Origin: Chara braunii
Lineage: Eukaryota; Plantae; Charophyceae
Length of the DNA: 64,000 nt
Reading direction: 5' to 3'
Assembly: GCA_003427395.1 (NCBI GenBank)
Contig: BFEA01000018.1
Span: forward strand, 1,055,952 to 1,119,951
Part shown: piece by piece, positions 32,215-46,486 of the stretch
Position numbering within the stretch: the stretch's first letter is position 1
Layout of the letters: each line of letters begins with the position of its first letter
Notes under the pieces: model-generated
What the model saw: the letters and a program-made list of their open reading frames with translations, nothing else
The model's database searches: none
Told to the model about the DNA's origin: nothing
Translations under genes and position numbers: made by a program

Positions 32215-35200
32215 TTTTTTTTTTTTAATCTAACAACCATACATTTTAGTATAAGCACCGAGGCCGGGGACCTCACAATTCAACCCGGATGTACTGACAG
32301 CATCAGCCAGCTTAGCTTACAGGCTAGGCCTGCAGAAAGTCCTGCTAAAGACCTTCAGGAGTTCCCTACTACTGAACTGCAGAATTGAACTGATTGATAA
32401 GTCTATGCTGAATGAACTCACCTGACCACTGGAAGGACCCCATATGAGAGAGATAACGAACTTTTGAAAATCCTTGTTGAAACAATGTCTAGTCTACTCT
32501 AGGCTACAACTAACTAGCTCTAAGCTGTGACCAAAGGGACTAACTCGGCCCAGTGGACACCTACCTACCTACTCTCTAGACACTCTCCTCGCGGTCTACT
32601 GTGACCCTAGATAACCGAGTGCCCTGGTTGGGCTAATCTCCATAGAACTATCCTAAAAACGTAAACCTCCTCAGATTGGAACCTCAAGGAGGATCAAACA
32701 GCCACTTGGACAGAATCAGGCCCCTTGTTCTATGTACCCATGCCAGTCTGTTCTCCACTGCCCAGGTTCTAAAAAACCACCACAGTCTGGGCCTGGACGC
32801 AGTGCCTTTCTTGGCCCGCCGTTTCCAGTTGATAACGACTGCCTGTCGAATGCCTTGCTTGATGGTTGCTTTGATTTCGTTATCAGAATAGGGTCTCTTC
32901 TCAAAGCGGGAGCGGTTTCTGTCAGCCCAGATGGTCGAGCACATAACTGCCCTTATCACTTGTGCTACGTAGGCCCATCCTCTCTTCCCTGTGCTTCCTT
33001 CTGGGGGGGGAAACCCAGTAAGACCCACCTTTCCTCCCAGTCAATATCCTTGCTGCCCATTTGTTGCCAATGCTGGGCCCACCATCTCCAAACTCTTCTC
33101 GACGCTGGACAGTCCCACCACAGATGGCGGGTGGATTCCAGGGACTCTGTGCACCTGGTACATCCCAAGGGTACCTCTACCCCCCTTCCACAGAGCCATA
33201 CTGCCGAGGGAGTGACTAGCATGGAGATCATCCATAACAGGCTGGCCTGTTTAACGTTCAGCAGAGCCAGGAGGATGCTTCATAGCTTCCTGAATTCACT
33301 CTCTGCTCCCTGCAGGTCTTCCACCAGCACCGCGCTCCAGCGGGATATCGCCACCGAAGCTGGTGTTCTGGACCTCATGTCCGATAGGCGATAAGAGTCT
33401 CGCGTGGAGAAGTTGGTTAGGCACATCACTTGAGAAGTCGAAGGTGTACCAATGTTTCCTTTCCAGCCCCAAGCTAGAGGGTCTATGGCCAGCTTCCTTA
33501 GTGGAACCCTCCCCACCCAATGAGTCTGTGTCACTCTCCCATATCCATCTTTCTGTTCTACCACCCGAATCTGCATTGGGTTAACCCATTCGTTCACAGT
33601 CGTTTCTTCTACGTACCCTAGCACCCCATTGTCGTTTGTTACCTTCCAGCTCTGAACCTCTCTGAAGCCGGATGCGGTTAGACTCACCAGCTTCCAAGCA
33701 GACTGTTGACTGTCTGAACTGTTGCCTGCATACCAGGTGCCAGGGGGGTCCAGACCCTCAGGGCCGAGGAGGGCAGCCCAGACCGGGGTGATAGCCTGAA
33801 TGATCTTCCGCCAGTTTGTCTCCACAGACCGAAGGTTTCGCAGAATATATTGGACCTCTTCTAGTGGCTTCCAAGAGCCCAGCAGGTCCGACCATAAATC
33901 CGCGATAAATGCAACCCCCCTGCGGATCCATGCCCTCCCGAATGCGCCTGCCTCCGGGCCTGCAGAAAACTCTCCGCCTTCCTCGGCCAAGATCATCAGA
34001 TTTTCAAACAAGCACTGCCTCAGAACTTCCTCCTTGGTGCATGGCGGGATCCGGAGGTCTGGGGGATGGGCGATCCAGGCTTTCCTCACGGCTTCCCAGA
34101 ACTCGGACTTCAACTTCTCCTTCATGAATGATTTCACGAAGAAGCACCCCCATATGTCCTCTGATCGTGACAGTTGCCACTCCCTCATCAGCAGGCTTTC
34201 TGCCAAGAGGGTCCAGTCGTCCTTGTGCGAAGCCATAGCCAGTCTTGCTATCCAAGCTTTGAGTTGGGCCTGATTCTTCCTTTTCGGGCCGATCAGGCAC
34301 AGGCCGATCATTGGGGTAAGTTACAAGTTCCCACGCCACCTTGAGGCTTCCACAGGAACCTGGCTACCAGCCTCTTAATTATTGACAACACGGTATCCGC
34401 CACCTCCCTGACCGAGCCACAAACCACAACAGGGCGAACAACGCCACATTAACCACCAATGCCTTGCCAAACAGCGACAGTTGCCAGGCCGAGCCCCAGG
34501 CTTTTAGCCTGGCTGCTATTCTCTGCTCCAAAACCAGACCTTGCGCAAAACTCATAATCTGCGTGCTGACCAGCCCCCCCAAGAACTGCTCCCCTTTCGC
34601 CGGGTCCACTCGCTGCATGCCCCATTGAACTTGGAGGGATATCTCTGACGGGAGGAGGTAACTAGATTTGTTCCAGTTTACCTGTGCTTCCGACAGCTGT
34701 GCGTAATCTACTAGAACTGACTTGATAGCCAAAAGCGAGGACTGGGTGTTTTCTGTCACGATGAACAAGTCATCCGCTCTACAATCTTTGTCCTCTGTCA
34801 ATCTCAGGCCCCGAATCAGCGGGTGCTTTCTAATGCAGTTCAGCGGCACTTCCAGCTGAAGGACGAAGAGGAGAGGGGCTAGTGGGCAATGCTGCCTCAG
34901 GGAGCGGTGAGCTGGAAGGGGCGGGACATGTGGCCGTTAACCAGATCCGAAGAGGTAGAAAAAGTGTACAAGGCAATCACCCGTCTGCAGAAACCCTCGC
35001 CAAAGCCCATTCTTCTCAAGGTAGTGAGTACGAAGGACCAGCCAATCCGATCGTACGCTTTCTCCATGTCCAACAACAAAATTGCAATATCTCTGCGTTC
35101 CGCCTGTACCACCTCGATAGACTCAATAGCAGTCAAAATATTAACAAAAATAGACCTTCCCTGAACAAACGCCCCTTGGTCCCTCTCGATCAACTTTGGA

Positions 35201-38200
35201 AGGATATTTCCTAGTCAGATAGCTAGTGTCTTGGCTAGAATCTTCTAATCTACATTGAGAACTGAGATTGGCCTGTAGTTTCTAACATTGGCCTTGTCTC
35301 CTTTCTTGAACATCACTGAGATGACTCCATGAGTCATCATCTCCCCCAACTTAGCTCCCGTTAGCACCTCATTATATACCTCCACTAGCGTCGGTGCTAG
35401 TGCAGCCCAACACACCCTGAAGAATTCCACAGTCAGACCGTTAACACCCGGGCATTTGCCATTTGCCATAACCTTTAGAGTATGCTGTAGTTCCTCTGAG
35501 GTCACCGGCCTGTCTAAACTCAGTTTTTCTGCTGTGGACAGTTGTACCTCAGTGTCCTTCCACAAATCCAGCTCTTGAGAGAGGTCTGAGTGCGCTGTGT
35601 CCTCCAGCCTGCGAGAGGTAAGGATATCAGAGTAATACAACCTTGCGTACTCTAACATCTCGGGTGAGCCTGTGGCCGGAGGTGCCGAATGATCAAACGG
35701 GTGGTCTAACTGCACCACTTGATGAAACGAGGTGCTAGGTAGTAGCCTGGGGAATGTTTCATTGGTAAGTCGATCCTGCACCATGATCCCTTTAAATTTC
35801 AGAGCCTCTCCCCATCTCACCTGTCTTTCCGATTGCAGCTTGTCCCAATCTGCCATGCGCTTTTCCCTTTCCCTGGCCCAAGCCAGTTCCGAAATGGGGT
35901 GAGCCTCCATCCTTCTCTCCGCTGCTTCCACCGCCTTCCTACACCGCACCACTTCTTTGTTCCGCTCCCTAGCTAGAATCCGCGAGGAGACATCCATCAC
36001 CCCTGAGATGATGGCTTATCCCCCTTCCAACCAGTCAGCCGTTGAGGAAAAGTGTAATCTTGTGGATGCCCAGGCCTCCATATGCTCCGCGACCCACTCC
36101 CTCAGTCCCACCTCCTCTAGATTCTGGGAGTTTAGCTTAAAGTAGCCTTTACCCCTTTCCCCTAGAGTTTCCACCACTATCTCTGCTATCACTGGTTTGT
36201 GATCGGAGAGGGGGTGGGAAATGGGCCTGCTCGCCGTGACCTGCTGTGCCAGGGTGCTGTTTACCAGAAAATAATCCAGGCGCCGTCTGCACACCTCACC
36301 GCTCTCCTTCCTTACATTTGAATACCAGGTAAACCCCAGGTTGTCTGGGTTCAATGTCCTGAAAGGATCCACCAGTCTTCTGTCTTGCATCAGGTCCAGC
36401 AACAAACCTGCGTCCCTCCTCCCTGCAGTGCGTGTGCCCCCCGTTGGCGCTTCGTCTAGGGACACATTCCAGTCGGCTGTCAGAACTAGACGGTCTGCTG
36501 GGGGAACGACTGAGTGCAACTTCTGAAAGAAGGCACTATGGGCCTGTAACTCCGACGGGGCATACACCGTCATGACCACCCAGTCCCACTGACCCAGACG
36601 TAGACGGATCCATGCCCATTTACCCCACAGATCCGCCTCTGAGTCGACTATCTGTGGCTGCCACTTCCGATGGAGGAGTATGCCTACCCCTCCTTTTGTC
36701 CCCTGTGCAGGGGACCAGACCTGCAGTCCCTCCCACCACTTGATCAATGCTGAGAGCTTCTCCTCACTTAACTTCGATTCCTGCACGCAGAGACAGTCAA
36801 TCTTCTCCCGCCCTGCCCAACTCTTGATCCTCTTCCTCTTCTCTTTGTCTGAAGTGTCATCCATCCCCCTGACGTTCCATGCGGCGAGTTTCAACTTAAC
36901 CATGGTGGGTGATTTCTTGCCCTTGGTTTTGGATGAGGGGGGTTACCAGTGATTGGACCTCGTCTGCCCACCTTGTCTGTTCTGGCTGTGGGGATTTCAG
37001 CATTGGACTGGACTTTCTTGAGGACCTTGAATTACTGGACTGCGAAGGAGAGCGCCATGCCTCTGTTAGAGAACTTGCCAAGAACTGTGAGTGGAAGTTC
37101 TATGTGACCACCAGCTTGTCATTCACATTCAGTAACACTAGCGCTCAGATCTCAGCCGTAATTGCTATAGATTCCAATTCGTGGTTGTTCCTTTCTCTCA
37201 CTGCATCCAGTTGGAACCAGTTGACTCCTGCCTGAGAAAGAGAATTGGTTGTGAGGGAGTCTATCCTAGCGTCTATAAGCGGGAAGTACAACTTGCAGGT
37301 TCTGTCCTGCAGCTCAATGACCAGGTTGATCATTGTTCATTTAGGCACTATCCTCAGCAGGAATGCGTCACCGAACAGTTTCTTTGTGTGGGTAACGATT
37401 TCGACTGGGGACGGGGTCTTTGACACTGATTCAGACGGTAAGTAACGCAAGCCCTCTCCATCTGCCATACCCCGAAAAAACATTGAATCCTTTCCCCTTG
37501 AGCACACAAGGGGAACGATCCTCCTTTCTACATTGTCTCTATTTTCATATGCTACTTCCCTCCCTTCGTACAGCGGGTTGCCTCTGTATTGCCCTCACCG
37601 GTTGTTTCCCGTGCCTGTCCCTCTCCTCCTCTGAGAACCTGCTGAGCTGCCCGTTGAGGACTCTGAGCCTTCGGCGTACAGACCCACCCCTTCACCTCTG
37701 GCCGTGCCTATCCTGTCCACATCGTCGCCCACAAGTTTACTTCCCATTACCACTCTCGACTTGGATGAGGTTGAGATAAAGGATCTTTCTGCCCTCCCTT
37801 CTGTCACCTTCCCAATCAAGGGCTCTGCTCCAGCACGCGTCCCCTCCCTGACTCGATTGTCGTGTGCTGGAGAGAATTGAAATTCTTCCCCGTCCCTCCT
37901 TGTTCCATAGACCTCCCGGAGATGTGAACCTGCGCCTTGACCCAGCGGACCGGATGCAAGGGGGTGCCAGTGATCTGCCCGGCCCATCAATTTGCAATCC
38001 TCTCCGTACTGGGGCCCTAACAGGTGAGCATTCGAGAGTTGGAGGTACCCGTGCCCCGGTGGGGGTCTGGCTTCAGAGTACCTCGGATTGACATGCGCAA
38101 TGGAAGCAATTGGTTGGCAGATTTGGTGCGGGATAGAAGGAGGGGGAGGGTACAACTGAGGGTACGACCCTTGCCAGTGAGCAGGGATCGACCACTGAGG

Positions 38201-40670
38201 TTGAGCAGCCGCGGGGTGGGACATATGATTCGGATATGGCGCCTGATATGTCTCCGGATGACCCATTTGAGGTATGCCATACAGCAGTCTCGTTGGTGGT
38301 CCTGCACCTTGGAACTGTTGTTCCCCACCGTTGTGAGCCGGGATGGGTCGATCTTAACGGATCCCCGTGGTTCCTTGATGCATTGGTGTATTCCTTCTGC
38401 CTTCATCCATTGCTCTCCCCTGTGTCGACGGACCTCTGCCTGCTGAAGCTGCTGTAGGAGGCGGAGCCGGATTGCTGAAGTTGAAGCCGGTACCGAGCTT
38501 TGTCGAGGGAGCCTGGAGTTTACCCACTGACGCCGCGAACGATCTTCTGTGTCATTTCTCGGGCACTTGTCTTCAATGTGGAAAAACCACCTGCATTTTC
38601 GACACCAGTCGGAGTAAGGTGTCGCCACCTCGACTTTCCATAATTCCCCTTTCGGGGATTCTATCGTCAGCTTGTCTTCCACCCGAAATCTTGCTTGAGG
38701 TTCCATATCTATCTTGATGTTCATCAGCTTCGGACGAGTTCTGTCTACCTCTGGGGCATGAACGTGCTTTACTCCTCCGATCAGGCCCTCCGCAGCGCTA
38801 GGAAGGTAGTACATGGCATCTAACGGCACTCTCAGAGCAACAATCCAAAAATTTGTCTCTGCGTCCTTCAATTTCAGCTCCTTCAATTCTGCCTTGGTCA
38901 TCTAGGATTTGAACAACATAGGATAGTCCTTCCCTTTCAATGAGAGCAGCGTGGATTCCTTCAGGACCAGCCAAGTTGCCACCTCCAGTGCCTTGGCCAC
39001 GTATGAGATGACATTAGGTCCTTCGAACTTGATTCTCCCCCTTGTCACATCCGGTTTGAATAGGCGTTTCGAGAACCAGCCATCTTTGTAAGCTCTCTCT
39101 AAGTCTTCCTTCACTCCCCGTGCTAGGTTCCTTGATTCGTCTTGGAAGATGAAGATGACCGTCTGTTCTTTTAACCACCACTCCTTTATCGCGTCCAAGG
39201 ATTCGCTTACCTTGAATCTCTTGCTTTTCTCATCGTTGACCACCTCAGCACCCCTTCGTCCTAGCATTGGCCTAGTGACTGGCGCACCCTATCCTCTACA
39301 ACCCAGAAATTCGACGGTGGGGCAGGACGCCTCTCTTCCTGACGTACTTCTCCTCCCATCGATTATCACAATTACCCGTACTAATGCCAAAACGCCGGAT
39401 GAAGCCCACCTTCTCGGTCCCTCGTAGTGTGTGTGATCGACGAATGGTACCGCTTGGAATCGCGTGAGAGACTCCAACCAATTCCTCGGTAGCCTACCGA
39501 TGAACAGTGGTCTGATGGATCTAGCCGGGTGCTTCGTAAGGATGAGTGCAAGGTCTGGCCCAATAGGAAAGAGTCGGGGATCGCTTCTCTCTTACTTGGC
39601 TTGCCAGGTGTTGTCGTTCGTCATGATGCCTCGATTGCTGAGGCTAGGAGTAAGGAGTAAGACTGTCGAGGCCGGATCCTCTCTTGTTAATCCGGGGATT
39701 CCTCCTGGAACTGAAGTGAACACCGCGAATTATCCTGTGACACGTGATTGTATCCTGACGATTGGACTGTGAGAACTGGGAGAAAAAACATTAGGTTATA
39801 CTTATAAGGCTCCCTCCGAGGCGAATCAGGCTCATCCCTACCTATTCGTGATGACGCTTTCTTGCCTCTAGTCTCTAGATATGAATCCCTCCTCTCCCCT
39901 GATAGGCTCTTACAGTGTGAAAGCCGATCCACTTAGGAATGCGCCGTGTGCGAGGTCCAATTCATCCCTCCTTGCTGCAGAACCCGCTGCCCTTTTTGTG
40001 TCGATGAATCCACCCCGAAATTCCGGCCAGAGGGCCCTGCTTGTCTAGTATAAGTGTCCCGGCTCCACACCCCAGTCTCCGAGAGTAAATTATTGTGGAC
40101 TTGAGGACGGAAAGCAGGGCTGCCTACGCAATACCACTTGGTGCGAAATTTCTACCTCCTTCGTAAGCTATCTACTTGTGTGGGCAGCGATCTACGCGCT
40201 AGAAGCAAGATGAGACGTTTACTTGATGAGCTTTTACTAGATTAGAGTGTAAGACTCGGGATAACTCGGATATTCGCCCCTCGTCTCTGCTCCCACGTTC
40301 GACTAACTCCCGAGAGGAATAACCGGAGAGAGTTATCGAGAGTTTACCGTGATTGACGAAGCAACTGATCACTATAACTGGGAGATCCAATCCTAGTTAA
40401 TCCGCCAAAAGGACATCGCCGAAGAGCGAGTAACTAAACACCTTGCACCAGATGAACTAACAGCTCCAGGGTTCCCAGGCTACTTCGATGAGGATCCTGC
40501 CGACATAGTCGGTTCTCACGATGCGTGAGTAGGTAGGTCCTCTCGCTCTCCGTCAGCGATGGCGGAGGAGGCGACGAAGTAGTGGCGGGGAGTTACCGTG
40601 GTAACTCCGTCACCCGCGTCGTTTCGGAGCGGAGCGCTCTAGCGCTAAGCTCGCTCGTCCGCGACATGCC
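32215..40670 (-). mobile_element. LINE-B: near full-length decayed L1/Tx1-type element (ORF1 ~39480-36896, ORF2 36903-32684)
   Basis: ORF1 zinc knuckle WCRKCRWFFHIEDKC. ORF2 APE (AWNVRG, VQESK, RRLDYF, SDHKPV), RT (KCPGVNG, NYRPISVLN, LDMEKAYD) and knuckle CTRC..ESTRHLWWDC. Poly(A) at 32215-32226. The 5' boundary is approximate. Confidence 0.93.
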
Positions 40671-41779
40671 CCCTCCAATGCCTTGTTTATTTTTTGACAA
40701 TAACTTGCAATATATTAAAAAAGAACTGGTAATGAGGCTGCGAAACCCAGCCTGTCAGCGGCTGGATGGAACCCAAAATTTCCTTCCTTCTTTTGTCCTG
40801 CTCATCTGTACCCCTTTGCTTCCCGCACCACGCACTGCCACCCCGCCGCCTTCCGCGCTATAAATTATCGCGACTCCTTCCTCCCCCTCTTTTTGATCTC
40901 GACTGCAATGTTGTGTGAGCTATGCGCAAAAACCATGACGTCGAGTGGACTTGACGTGCCCAAGTGACGGGTGGGGTGACGATGTGGGGTGTAATTAGCG
41001 AGAGAGTTGGGGTGAGGCAGTTGGAGGGGCGGAGCGGTGGTGGAGATCGAACGCCGCCAACGACACGACCTTATGGCTATGGTCAGTTGATGTTCGGATT
41101 GGTTGGGGGCTTCGTCTGAGGGAGGCCAGCAGGATGAGAATTTGGAATAGCGAGGGACTCTCTTTTGTCTTCATTGCTGCTTTGTCCAAGTGTGGTGTGC
41201 AGTATATATACTAAGTGTGGATGCTAAGTTGCATGCACGGCGTTGGTTATAAGCGGAATGTCCAAGATAGATGGAAGTATAAATGTGATGAGGTCATGTG
41301 TGTGAGGATTCAGTATCGCATTTCGCTGCGCTCTTCATCGTTGCGAGGGCCAAGATATTCGCCCGCACGACGCGCGGTTTCAATCGCTCCCCACCGCAAT
41401 GCCGGTCACAGCAGCCCATGCTGGCAGGCACCCCACGTCCATGGGCGCAACTCTGGGGAGCACGGGGGTGTCAAACGTCTGCCTAAATGCATGAGTGTGT
41501 TGAAGTCCCTGCCTTCACTGATCCCTGCGATCTTGGCGCCACGTGTGAGTGTGGGGATCGTCGTTGACCCTTCCCTCCCTCTCCCATGTCGCGCGCAAGT
41601 GCTACGTGCTAGTTGGTCCTGTGTTCCATCCGGCTTGCCTCCGACAACCAGGGACATTGGTCGCATGCGTCCTCACGTGTCACTTGATCTCTCTGCTACT
41701 CAGCCATAGCCATTTTGTCTTGGTAACAAGTCAGTGCCTAGCGACTGTGTGTCCCTGAACTTGCATCTTGATTAAGAGG

Positions 41780-44700
41780 GCAGAAGTGCGGACCGAACGA
41801 CTCAAATGAAATATTGTGTTTCCTGCAGACACTGAATAAGGTTCTTCCGAATGAGTGCCCTCTCATTATCGGAGAGAACTTTAGCATCACACCAGATCCG
41901 AGTTTGGATAGGCAGTCCGCATCACAACCTGCATGTGGGGCTCTCACACCTGACGTCCTTCTACTGAATGAATTTATACAAAACCGCCAGTGGTGTGATA
42001 TCTACATACAACTTCATTCTTCTAAAAGAGCGTACACCTGCCTAAGATCGAGGGGAGCAACAAGGTTGTCCAACGTGCGAATTGACTTCTTCCTGATTGG
42101 CTAGACACTGTCAGGTGTGACAATAGTTGCAGAGATACGGCCAATCAGCCTGTGTCGTTCATTCGATCACCAAGCTATAGTACTAGGACTTTCCTTCCAT
42201 AACCAAATAACACGAGGGTCAAACTTTTATAAATTCAACGCCTCACTGCTCAAACCGCCGGACCTACAAACGCTAGTGGAACAATTTTCGAGCTACTGGA
42301 CAACGAAAAAGGAGGGGGTCTCCTCAATAGTGGACTGATTCAACTCACGCATAACCCGACTTAAAGAGCATGTCAAAAGAATTTCCATATAAAAGGCGCG
42401 TCTTAGGAAAGCCACTATAGACAAACATTTGCACACTCTTGAACAATGGGATAAAAACATGGCGGATCACCCCCTGGACCTGCCAACCTTCAACTGACTA
42501 CAAGAGGTCAGGGACCATCTCCAGTCTTACTTGGAACAACAAGTTCAAGCGTTGAGAATCCAAGCAAGGATAAAAAAGGACAACACAGAAGGAACCATGG
42601 CCAGAACCTTCCTCCAAAATGTGAAAACTAGATCTAGACAAACTGTTGTGGCATCCTTGCATCACTCCTTTGATCCCTACCAACCGGAGACCACCAACCT
42701 GTACGATTTCGTCGACTACAGAACCAAGTATTACCATCATCCTTTCACCTTTGAAAACGGGCACTAAGTTACCAAGGCCCTCCGTGAGGCCCAAACTAAT
42801 ATGCTTCAGAACTTGTCTGCCTTGCTACAAAATTCGGACAGCCCTCATAGACATGGAAGACTAGAAAACCCTGGGCTTGGATGCCTTTCCTAAGGAATTA
42901 TGATTACACTTTTGGTCGATTATAAACGAAGACCTCATGGAATATATCCATGCAGTTCAGGATGATGGCCGCTTTGGCAACTCATGAGCCAAGGTGTCAC
43001 TACCTGGTTATACAAAAAGTGAGACGGGGCGGAAATAAGAAACTACAAACCAATCGCCCTCCTCCTTGTGCTCTACAAGATTGTGGCAAAAGCGTTGTGC
43101 AACAGACTACAACCCACCATGCCTCAACTTATACACATGGACCAAATTGGGTTCATGCCTCACCGTAATATCCAAGACAGCATCATGTTAGTCAATGAGA
43201 CTATTAAGTATGCACGCCTAAGAAAAACGGAAGTGGCCATAATCTTTATAGATTTCGAAAAGACATATGATCATGTGGATTGGGGTTTTCTCGACATGTG
43301 CCTGAATAAGATGAATTTTGGACCAACTTTCAGACACTGGATCACGACGTTGCGTCACGAGGGTGCTACAAATATCATGTTAAACAGTCACTTGCCACCT
43401 CCTTTTCCCCTTCATCAGTCTGTCAGGCAAGTGGACCTTATTGCACCACTACTTTTTGTTATAATTGTGATGGAGGCCCTGGTGTCAACAATTCGGAAAC
43501 CCCCGGCAATAGAGCGAATTTCAATACAGGAACCACCTGTTTACAAGATCCCGATAACCTCTTTGTTCGCTGATGAACGGACTGCCTTAACAGCTTCACC
43601 CCATAGTTGTAGAGCATTGGCGGAGACCATATACCTTTTATCAATTGTGGCTGACATGAAAGTCAACTGGGGGGCTAAGACAGAAGGCTGGTGGCCATAA
43701 ACTGCTAACTTTCCACCACCAGACAATCCGCAGGTTAACTGGCGTGCTCAGGAGGACCCAATTCGAGTCCTGGGAGAACACCTAAAGATCACGGTGACCA
43801 TCTAGTCCAGACTGCCATCCAGGCCATGGCAAAGTGGAAGGGGCTTCATATTGCGATCGTGGGTAGAGCCCTAGCAATCAATAATGCAATCTTGTCAACC
43901 ATATGATAAAACTGCTTTCTGGGCCCTACTACCAAAACATATTTCTCAACTTTGAGGATCAAATGAAAGCCTTGAACTTTAAGGTCATTGTGAGATTGTT
44001 AATGGAAGAGGATATTCCATGAGCTCCATTGGCCCACATTCAATTAGCCAGCCTTGCTCTGCCGTTGCCAAATGATAAACTAGAAAAAACAGATATGTCA
44101 AATGACCACTTTGGACCTCCTTGATAGCCTTATGGCGAGACATAGGCCCACGAAAGAAACCCCCACCCCCGAGGTGGCATGAGATCTGGCGACAACCCTG
44201 CTTCGGAAATCCCCACTTGCTAAATCTTCATGGACAACCCTTCTCCCTTAAACAAAACTCGCACTGGCAACCATGGGTAAGGAAAGGAATCTTCACCATT
44301 GGAGACCTCTGGGATTATAGAGCAAGGGCATGGAAAACTGCAGAACAACTACGATCACAACTCACAAACACCAAATACCTGGAAGCCAAACTACAGCGGA
44401 TCCATGAGGCCATCCCATTGGCATGACTACAAGTTCTGAAACGCTGCCCGCGCCTCTGTAAAGGGGACTGGGTGGTGACAGCAACAGCGCACCCTCTCCC
44501 TGTGACGGTTAATAGGGTTCACAAGTGCGGAGCAACCCAAGTACAATTACAAGCCTTCATACCAACATTACCTGGGGCAATATTTACTCACCTCACAAGA
44601 GACTCGGGCCTGGATGATGAACTACCGTGGACAGGCCTCATTTGTATAAAAGTTGTGCGTGATGAGGAGGATTGGTAGGCATGCGAACCAGCAACCCCCG

Positions 44701-45170
44701 TTTCCCAGCTCCCCTTTGACCCGGCAGAATGGCAATGGGGAGGAGGCAAGCCACTCCCACTGTGGAAATACACTGTTAAGGACTGTTATAGAAAAATTCA
44801 CAGAACAGTGGATTCCACATGTATTTTCAAAAACAGATGGCAACAAGATACCGATCTGCAAAAATCGGACTTACGGTTGTTCAATTGGTCCTATTACACA
44901 CGGCTAATGCCAACATCACAAAGGGCACTTCAATGGCAGATAGTCTATCGGTGTCAGCAAACTCCGGATTGGGTGGTATCCCGATCACAGTTGGAACAAC
45001 GGGGGGAACTCTCACCTGTTTGTTTCTACTGTGGTTCATCTTCTCAACTGCAAATCGCCGATCTTGAACACTGCCTGCTTTACTGCCTGATGGCACACTA
45101 GATATGACATTGGTGGAGTGCGGCCTGACACCATCTCACAGACACTGATCTCACATGGGACTATGAATCT
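41780..45170 (+). mobile_element. LINE-C: 5'-truncated, heavily decayed L1/Tx1-type ORF2
   Basis: APE remnants (RIDFFL, FDHQAI), RT (YKIVAKALCNRL, QIGFMPHRNIQD, IDFEKTYDHVDW, SVRQ, LFADE) and CFYC..LEHCLLYC. Confidence 0.88.
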
Positions 45171-45180
45171 ACCCCGGAGG

Positions 45181-45799
45181 CAGCCATGCGTGGCCAAGGC
45201 CGGGGCCGCGACCACGCAGCCGTGGCCGCGTGGGCGCACAACTTTGTGGCCGCGTGCCGGCCAGTGTGTGTTGGGGGGGAGAGGGTTTGGAGGCTGATTG
45301 GGGTTGCGCAACCCCAACCCCACCCCCTCAAAGAAAAACAAACAAACAAACAAACAAATATCGGGAGAGGTTGGGTTGGGGGTAAAAAAAAAACAAAAAA
45401 GAAAAAACAAACAAAAAATTTGAAAAAAACAACTTGATTGGTTGATTGGTGGCAGCCCCTCCTTCCCCCCCCCCCCCCCCCCACACAAGCGTGCATGCAC
45501 CACAACAACAAAACGAGTGTGGCAGTATATATTTCCATGTTCTAGTGGTAGATTCATTCAATTTTGCTCATCCTATCGATGGAAGTACCATGAGGCCAGC
45601 CGCGAGGTTGGAGACTCTCTCTCCTGTCTCTTATACACATCTAGATGTGTATAAGNNNNNNNNNNNNNNNNNNNNNAACAAAACGAGTGTGGCAGTATAT
45701 ATTTCCATGTTCTAGTGGTAGATTCATTCAATTTTCCTCATCCTATCGATGAAAGTACCAATCCGGCATGAGGCCAGCCGCGAGGCTGGGGACTTACCT

Positions 45800-45874
<75 letters not shown>

Positions 45875-46013
45875 TACTGTTGCGCACTTTCTTTTTTCAC
45901 TTTTTTTTTTCCTTTTCTTTTCTTCGATTGATTGATTGATTGCTTGCTTGATTGATTGATTGGTGGGAGGGGAGTTGCCCCCCTCACCCCCCACCCCACC
46001 CCCGCACGCACTT

Positions 46014-46067
<54 letters not shown>

Positions 46068-46339
46068 GAAAAAGAAAAAATCTTTTTTTCGTTTTTTTTT
46101 TCCTTGTTTTTTTTGCAGTTTCTGATTTTTTTTTTTTTTTTAACACAAAAACTATGCGATTTGGAAAAAACAAAAATGGGGTTGTAAGGTTCGAAAAAGC
46201 CTGCAACCCACTTTTTTTTTTTTTTTTACATTTTATTTCGCCCAGGAAAAATCCGTCAAAATCGTGGCTGCAGAATTGGGGCCGCCGCCGCGGCCACAAA
46301 CGTGGCTGCCGCGGCCATTGGACCCCGCAGCTGCGGCTG
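45181..46339. mobile_element. Possible non-autonomous TIR element with GC-rich TGGCCGCG subterminal repeats
   Basis: Begins CAGCC and ends GGCTG, with TTTGTGGCCGCG inverted near both ends. No TSD seen. Contains a gap and an adapter. Confidence 0.35.
45624..45655. other. Nextera mate-pair junction adapter (Tn5 mosaic ends): assembly contamination
   Basis: CTGTCTCTTATACACATCT followed by AGATGTGTATAAG, immediately before an N gap. Confidence 0.95.
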
Positions 46340-46486
46340 ATACATAGACGTGGGACCCGGCCTCCACTTTGCTGGGCCACCTACCACAATCCCCCCTATG
46401 ACGACCTCGTTCCAGCTCAACCTTTTCAAATATACTCGACTGGAAGTTCTTATGGGGGTATGGAGAGCATGATGTTCCCATGAACG
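46340..46486 (+). mobile_element. LINE-E left piece (ORF2 C-terminal fragment), target of the LINE-D insertion
   Basis: TWDPASTLLGH..LFKYTRLEVLMGVWRA resembles the LINE C-terminal region, and it continues across the TSD at 56920. Confidence 0.6.

Noticed and set aside
32255-32295. Pseudoknot in the LINE-B 3' UTR (minus strand CCGGG..GAGG..CCCGG-CCTC)
   Set aside because: It would need a zero-length loop 3 and does not match the motif in the other four tails; alternative hairpins are more plausible.
45624-45655. Genuine Tn5/IS50 ends from horizontal transfer
   Set aside because: The back-to-back mosaic ends are the synthetic Nextera mate-pair junction next to a gap.
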